Made by a program: the position numbers and the translations under genes. Shown piece by piece: positions 60,278 to 64,000 of a stretch of 64,000 nt of DNA. This stretch comes from Candidatus Multivorans sp. (lineage in GTDB: Bacteria > Acidobacteriota > Thermoanaerobaculia > Multivoradales > Multivoraceae), in NCBI GenBank assembly GCA_965219675.1, contig OZ244786.1, positions 3,420,494 through 3,484,493 of the forward strand, written 5' to 3'. How positions within the stretch are numbered: the stretch's first letter is position 1; each line of letters starts with the position of its first letter. The notes beneath the pieces were generated by a model. The model saw nothing but the letters and a program-made list of their open reading frames with translations. It did no database searches and was not told the origin of the DNA.

Positions 60278-61477
60278 CTACTCGGCCGCCTCCAGGGTGG
60301 AGGCCATCCGCATCTCGGTCACGGGCTGGAAGCTGCCTTCCCTTATCTCGAAGATCCTCATGCCCTTGATGCCGCGATGGTCGGTGGCCGTGAAGGTGAC
60401 CGGCGCCGTCACGCCTCCCGTGTCCCAGTCGTCGAAGGTCTCGAAGGCGGCGAAGATGGAATCGCCGGTCACTTCGCCGGCCGCGGCCGCGCGTTCGATC
60501 GCCTCGGTCACCAGGCTGGCGACCGCCCAGCCCTGGCCGTAGAGCAGGCCCTCCTCGTCGATCGACCCGCCCTTCGACGCGAGGTACTCGGCCGCGTCGT
60601 TCAGGCCGTCGACTCCCTCGCCAGGCGGCGAGTAGATGATCGAAGCCAGCACGCCCTCCGCGGCGTCACCCGCGAGATCCACGAGCACCTCGTTGCTGCA
60701 GTAGTTCAGGCAGGCGAAGCGCAGGTCCAGGCCCAGATCGCGCGCGTTCTTGAGGGCAAGGGAAGCCGGTCCCGACGTGTTCTGGAACACGACCGTGTTG
60801 GCGCCGGATTCGGCGATCCGGGTCAGCGTGGCGCTGAAGTCCGTGTTGCCCCGCGCCATCTCGTGCGGCGCCATCTCGATGCCGCGCTGCTGCGCGTACT
60901 CCTCGCCTCCCTGGCGCCACGGCGAGAGACCGAAGGGGCTCGGATGATGCATCAGAGCGACGTTCGGCGTCTCGGCCCCCGCGGCTTCCGCCTCTTCGAT
61001 CAGGTAGTCGAGCAGGATGAAGAGCTGGTCGCTGTAGGTCGTGCCGACCAGGAAGTTGAAGGGCGCCTCGGAGGGGTCTCCCAGCACGTGGGAGAACGAC
61101 GCGGAGACGAAGGGAATGCGGTCGGCCGCGATCCGGCCCCGCAGGGCCTCGGTGTCGCCCGTGCCCCAGCCCATGAACATGACCGATCCGGCCTGGACGT
61201 ACTCGGAGTAGAGCTGCTCGGCCTTCGCGACGTCGTAGCCGTAGTCGTTCCACAGCAGTTCGACCGGACGGCCGGCGATGCCGCCGAGGTCGTTCAGCCG
61301 GGCGTAGTAGTCGCGGATCGCTTCGGAGTACATGGTGCCGACGTCCGAAGTCGCGCCCGTCAGGTCGAAGATCGCGCCGATCGTGATCGGTGCATCCGCC
61401 TCGGAGACCGGATCGCCGCCTCCGCAGCCTGCGAGAAGGAGCAGAGCCAGGACGGCAAGGGAAGTGGGACGGGTCAT
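60278..61477 (-). CDS. ABC transporter substrate-binding lipoprotein (LivJ/PBP1 family)
   Basis: Lipobox LLAGC, IGAIFDLTG, GGIAGRPVEL, GWGTGDTEAL. Confidence 0.9.
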   Translation of the reverse strand: MTRPTSLAVLALLLLAGCGGGDPVSEADAPITIGAIFDLTGATSDVGTMYSEAIRDYYARLNDLGGIAGRPVELLWNDYGYDVAKAEQLYSEYVQAGSVMFMGWGTGDTEALRGRIAADRIPFVSASFSHVLGDPSEAPFNFLVGTTYSDQLFILLDYLIEEAEAAGAETPNVALMHHPSPFGLSPWRQGGEEYAQQRGIEMAPHEMARGNTDFSATLTRIAESGANTVVFQNTSGPASLALKNARDLGLDLRFACLNYCSNEVLVDLAGDAAEGVLASIIYSPPGEGVDGLNDAAEYLASKGGSIDEEGLLYGQGWAVASLVTEAIERAAAAGEVTGDSIFAAFETFDDWDTGGVTAPVTFTATDHRGIKGMRIFEIREGSFQPVTEMRMASTLEAAE

Positions 61478-61559
61478 GCTGAGGTCTCCTCGGAACGGGC
61501 GCCGGGCGCCCGGGGATCGCCGGTCGGTAACCGGCGGATCATATCCCCCGAGCCGGCCC

Positions 61560-62603
61560 TCAGTAGGAGAACGGCCAGACGCGGAAGTAGTCCTTCACGT
61601 TGCGCCAGAGTTTCGCGAGCCCTTCCGGTTCGAGAACGAGGAACAGGATGATCACGAGTCCGAAGACGCCCTGCTGCACGTACGGCAGGACCGTCGCCGC
61701 CCACGGCGCCGTGTCCTGCAGGGAGCGCCCCAGCGTGTTGATCATCGCCGGCAGGAGGACGATGAGCGTCGCCCCGAAGAACGAACCGGAGATCGTCCCC
61801 AGGCCGCCGATGATGATCATCGCCAGGTAGGAGATCGAGACTTCGATCGTGAACCGCTCCCAGGTGACGATCGACCGGTAGTGGGCGAGCAGGGCGCCGG
61901 AGAGGCCGACCAGGAAGGACGAAGTGGCGAAGGCGAGCAGCTTGTAGCCGAACACGTTGACGCCAATCGCCGAGGCCGCGATGTCCTGGTCCCGGATCGC
62001 CACCCAGGCCCGGCCCACGCGCGAGCGGAACAGGTTCGCGGCGAACAGCGCGACCGCGAGCGCCACGACCACCAGGATCCAGTAGAACCGCCCGTCGGTG
62101 TTCATCCGGGCGCCGAACAGTTCGGGCGCCGGCACGACGAGCGCCTCCGTGCCGCCGGTGAGGCCGTCCCAGTGCGTGACGACGAACTCGACGATCTGCT
62201 GCGCCGCCAGCGTCGCGACGGCCAGATAGAGCCCCTTGAGCCGCAGGGAAGGCAGACCGACCACCAGGCCGGCAAACGCGGTAATCAGGGCCGCGGCCGG
62301 AATGCTCAGGTAGAAGGGAACGTCGAGCCGGACGGTCAGCAGGCCCGACCCATAGGCACCGACCGCCATGAAGGCGCCTTGGCCGAGCGAGATCTGGCCC
62401 GTGTAGCCGACCAGGATGTTCAGACCGATCGCACCGATCGTCGCGATCGCGATCTGATTGGCCAGATTGAGCCAGTACGGCGTGGCAAGGAACGGAAACA
62501 CGACGAGTCCGACCAGGAGCAGCCCCGTGCGCACCTTCTGCAACGGCATCCGCCGCAGGGCCATGTCTGAGCGATAGTCGCTGAAGAAGATTCCGGATTC
62601 CAT
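61560..62603 (-). CDS. ABC transporter permease (LivM-like)
   Basis: GLNILVGYTGQISLG, LRLKGLYLAVATL, GRAWVAIRD, IIGGLG. Confidence 0.92.
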   Translation of the reverse strand: MESGIFFSDYRSDMALRRMPLQKVRTGLLLVGLVVFPFLATPYWLNLANQIAIATIGAIGLNILVGYTGQISLGQGAFMAVGAYGSGLLTVRLDVPFYLSIPAAALITAFAGLVVGLPSLRLKGLYLAVATLAAQQIVEFVVTHWDGLTGGTEALVVPAPELFGARMNTDGRFYWILVVVALAVALFAANLFRSRVGRAWVAIRDQDIAASAIGVNVFGYKLLAFATSSFLVGLSGALLAHYRSIVTWERFTIEVSISYLAMIIIGGLGTISGSFFGATLIVLLPAMINTLGRSLQDTAPWAATVLPYVQQGVFGLVIILFLVLEPEGLAKLWRNVKDYFRVWPFSY

Positions 62604-62655
62604 GACAGGCGAACGAGTTGGCGCGGCGTCGGGCTGTGGAAGGCAGAACGAGGCC

Positions 62656-63534
62656 CTACACGCGCTCGATGATCTCCTTGCCGAACAGGCCGTACGGACG
62701 AACCATGAGAACGACGATCAGCACGATGTACGGGACGATGAGCTCCAGTCCCGAAGTCGTGTATCCGGCCGTGTAGGACTCGAGCAACCCGATCACGCCG
62801 CCGCCGACGATCGCGCCCGGTACGGAATCGAGGCCGCCGAGGATGACCACCGGGAACACCCGCAGGCCAATGAAGATGATGTCGTGGCTGACGCCGACCG
62901 TGTTCGCCAGCATGATGCCCGCGACCGCGGCGGTGATCGCCGCCATCGCCCACGCCACCGCGAGCACGCGCTTGATGCTGATGCCCATGGACAGCGCCGC
63001 CTGCTGGTCGTCGGCGATCGCGCGCATCGCGATGCCGTCCCGGGTGTGACGGAAGAAAAGCGTCAGGACCGTCAGCAGAATTCCGGCTATCGCGATGACG
63101 AGCAAACGGTCGATGCCGACGATCGCGCCCATGAACTCGACTTCGCCGGACGGGATGAAGTTGGGGAAGGCCTTGGGCCGCGCGCCCCAGATGCCGTTGA
63201 CGACAGCCCGCAGCAGGCTGGAGAGGCCGATCGTCACCATGATCATCGAGATCACCGGCTCGCCGATCAGGGGCCGCAGGACAAGCCGCTCGACCAGCAG
63301 GCCGATCATGGCGGCGGAGAGAAGCGTGGCGAGCACTCCCACGCTCCAGGGCAACCCGAACTGAGCGATGAAGGCGAACGCGAGGTAGGCGCCGAAGAGG
63401 AGGAATTCGCCCTGCGCGAAGTTGATCACGTCGCTCGCCTTGAAGATGACGACGAAGCCCACCGCCACCAGGGCGTAGACCATGCCGTTCGACAGGCCGG
63501 AGACGGTGAGCTGAAGGAAGACGTCGCCTTGCAT
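62656..63534 (-). CDS. ABC transporter permease (LivH-like)
   Basis: GMVYALVAVG, NFAQGE, GIAMRA, ILGGLDS, RPYGLFG; ATG at 63534. Confidence 0.92.
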   Translation of the reverse strand: MQGDVFLQLTVSGLSNGMVYALVAVGFVVIFKASDVINFAQGEFLLFGAYLAFAFIAQFGLPWSVGVLATLLSAAMIGLLVERLVLRPLIGEPVISMIMVTIGLSSLLRAVVNGIWGARPKAFPNFIPSGEVEFMGAIVGIDRLLVIAIAGILLTVLTLFFRHTRDGIAMRAIADDQQAALSMGISIKRVLAVAWAMAAITAAVAGIMLANTVGVSHDIIFIGLRVFPVVILGGLDSVPGAIVGGGVIGLLESYTAGYTTSGLELIVPYIVLIVVLMVRPYGLFGKEIIERV

Positions 63535-63556
63535 CGTCGGGATCCTCGGGCCTCCG

Positions 63557-64000
63557 TTACGCGTTCGCGGGCGCGGCGATCCGCAGCCGGGTCTGCAGGA
63601 TGGCCGTGCTGCCGTCCTGGTAGGTGATCTCGTTCTCGATCTCGACCGCATCCTTGCCGCCGTAGAGGGCGTCGACGAGCAGTCGGTAGCGGTCGGCGAT
63701 GAACCGGCGCCGTACCTTGCGGGTGCGGGTCAGTTCCTCGTCGTCCGCGTCGAGTTCCTTGTGCAGCAGGAGGAGCCGCTGGATGCGGGCCGACTCTGGC
63801 AGGTCGGCGTTGATGCGCGCGGTGTGCTCCAGCGCGAGTTCGTAGATCTCGGGCTTCTGCGCCAGATCGGTGAAGGTCGTGTAGGGAATCTGGCGGCGCT
63901 CGGCCCACTTGCCCGCGTTCGCGAAGTCGATCGTGATCAGAGAGGTCACGAACCGGTAGTCGCCGCCGCCGAACACGACAGCCTCCTTGATGTAGGGACT
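63557..64000 (-). CDS. Long-chain acyl-CoA synthetase (AMP-binding), C-terminal part; runs off the window end
   Basis: SPYIKEAVVFG, WAERRQIPYTTFTDLAQKPE, KELDADDEELTRTRKVRR. Confidence 0.82.
   Translation of the reverse strand, partial: SPYIKEAVVFGGGDYRFVTSLITIDFANAGKWAERRQIPYTTFTDLAQKPEIYELALEHTARINADLPESARIQRLLLLHKELDADDEELTRTRKVRRRFIADRYRLLVDALYGGKDAVEIENEITYQDGSTAILQTRLRIAAPANA

Overview
High-GC bacterial chromosomal window. The gene content (NtrY/NtrX, CRTAC1/ASPIC-UnbV beta-propeller proteins, a TPR-secretin-cohesin type II secretion/type IV filament operon, lipid A genes) suggests Acidobacteriota; this is an inference, and a host-associated lineage is possible. About 53 densely packed CDSs. 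Housekeeping genes include selB, polA, lpxK, waaA, dut, acnA, queE, gltA, pcnB, rfbBAC, tyrA and a Liv-type ABC transporter with an acyl-CoA synthetase. Most notable: (1) a 13-gene operon in which an ECF sigma factor, a ZAS anti-sigma and a truncated 'mini-secretin' head a T2SS/T4P hybrid with a lipidated TPR-secretin-cohesin; (2) a SigW-like ECF whose stop codon overlaps a TGAAAC-N17-CGTA promoter upstream of an anti-sigma/beta-helix membrane fusion, followed by a CRTAC1-CRTAC1-TPR operon; (3) an rfbBAC operon with DUF4301 where rfbD usually sits; (4) a 182-nt long inverted-repeat element and two copies of a REP-like repeat beside a lone PD-(D/E)XK nuclease; (5) six genes with a -10 box 6-7 nt before the start codon (leaderless layout); (6) a triple direct repeat at the gltA promoter. 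No tRNA, rRNA, CRISPR array or transposase was recognised. All calls come from reading the sequence, without database searches.
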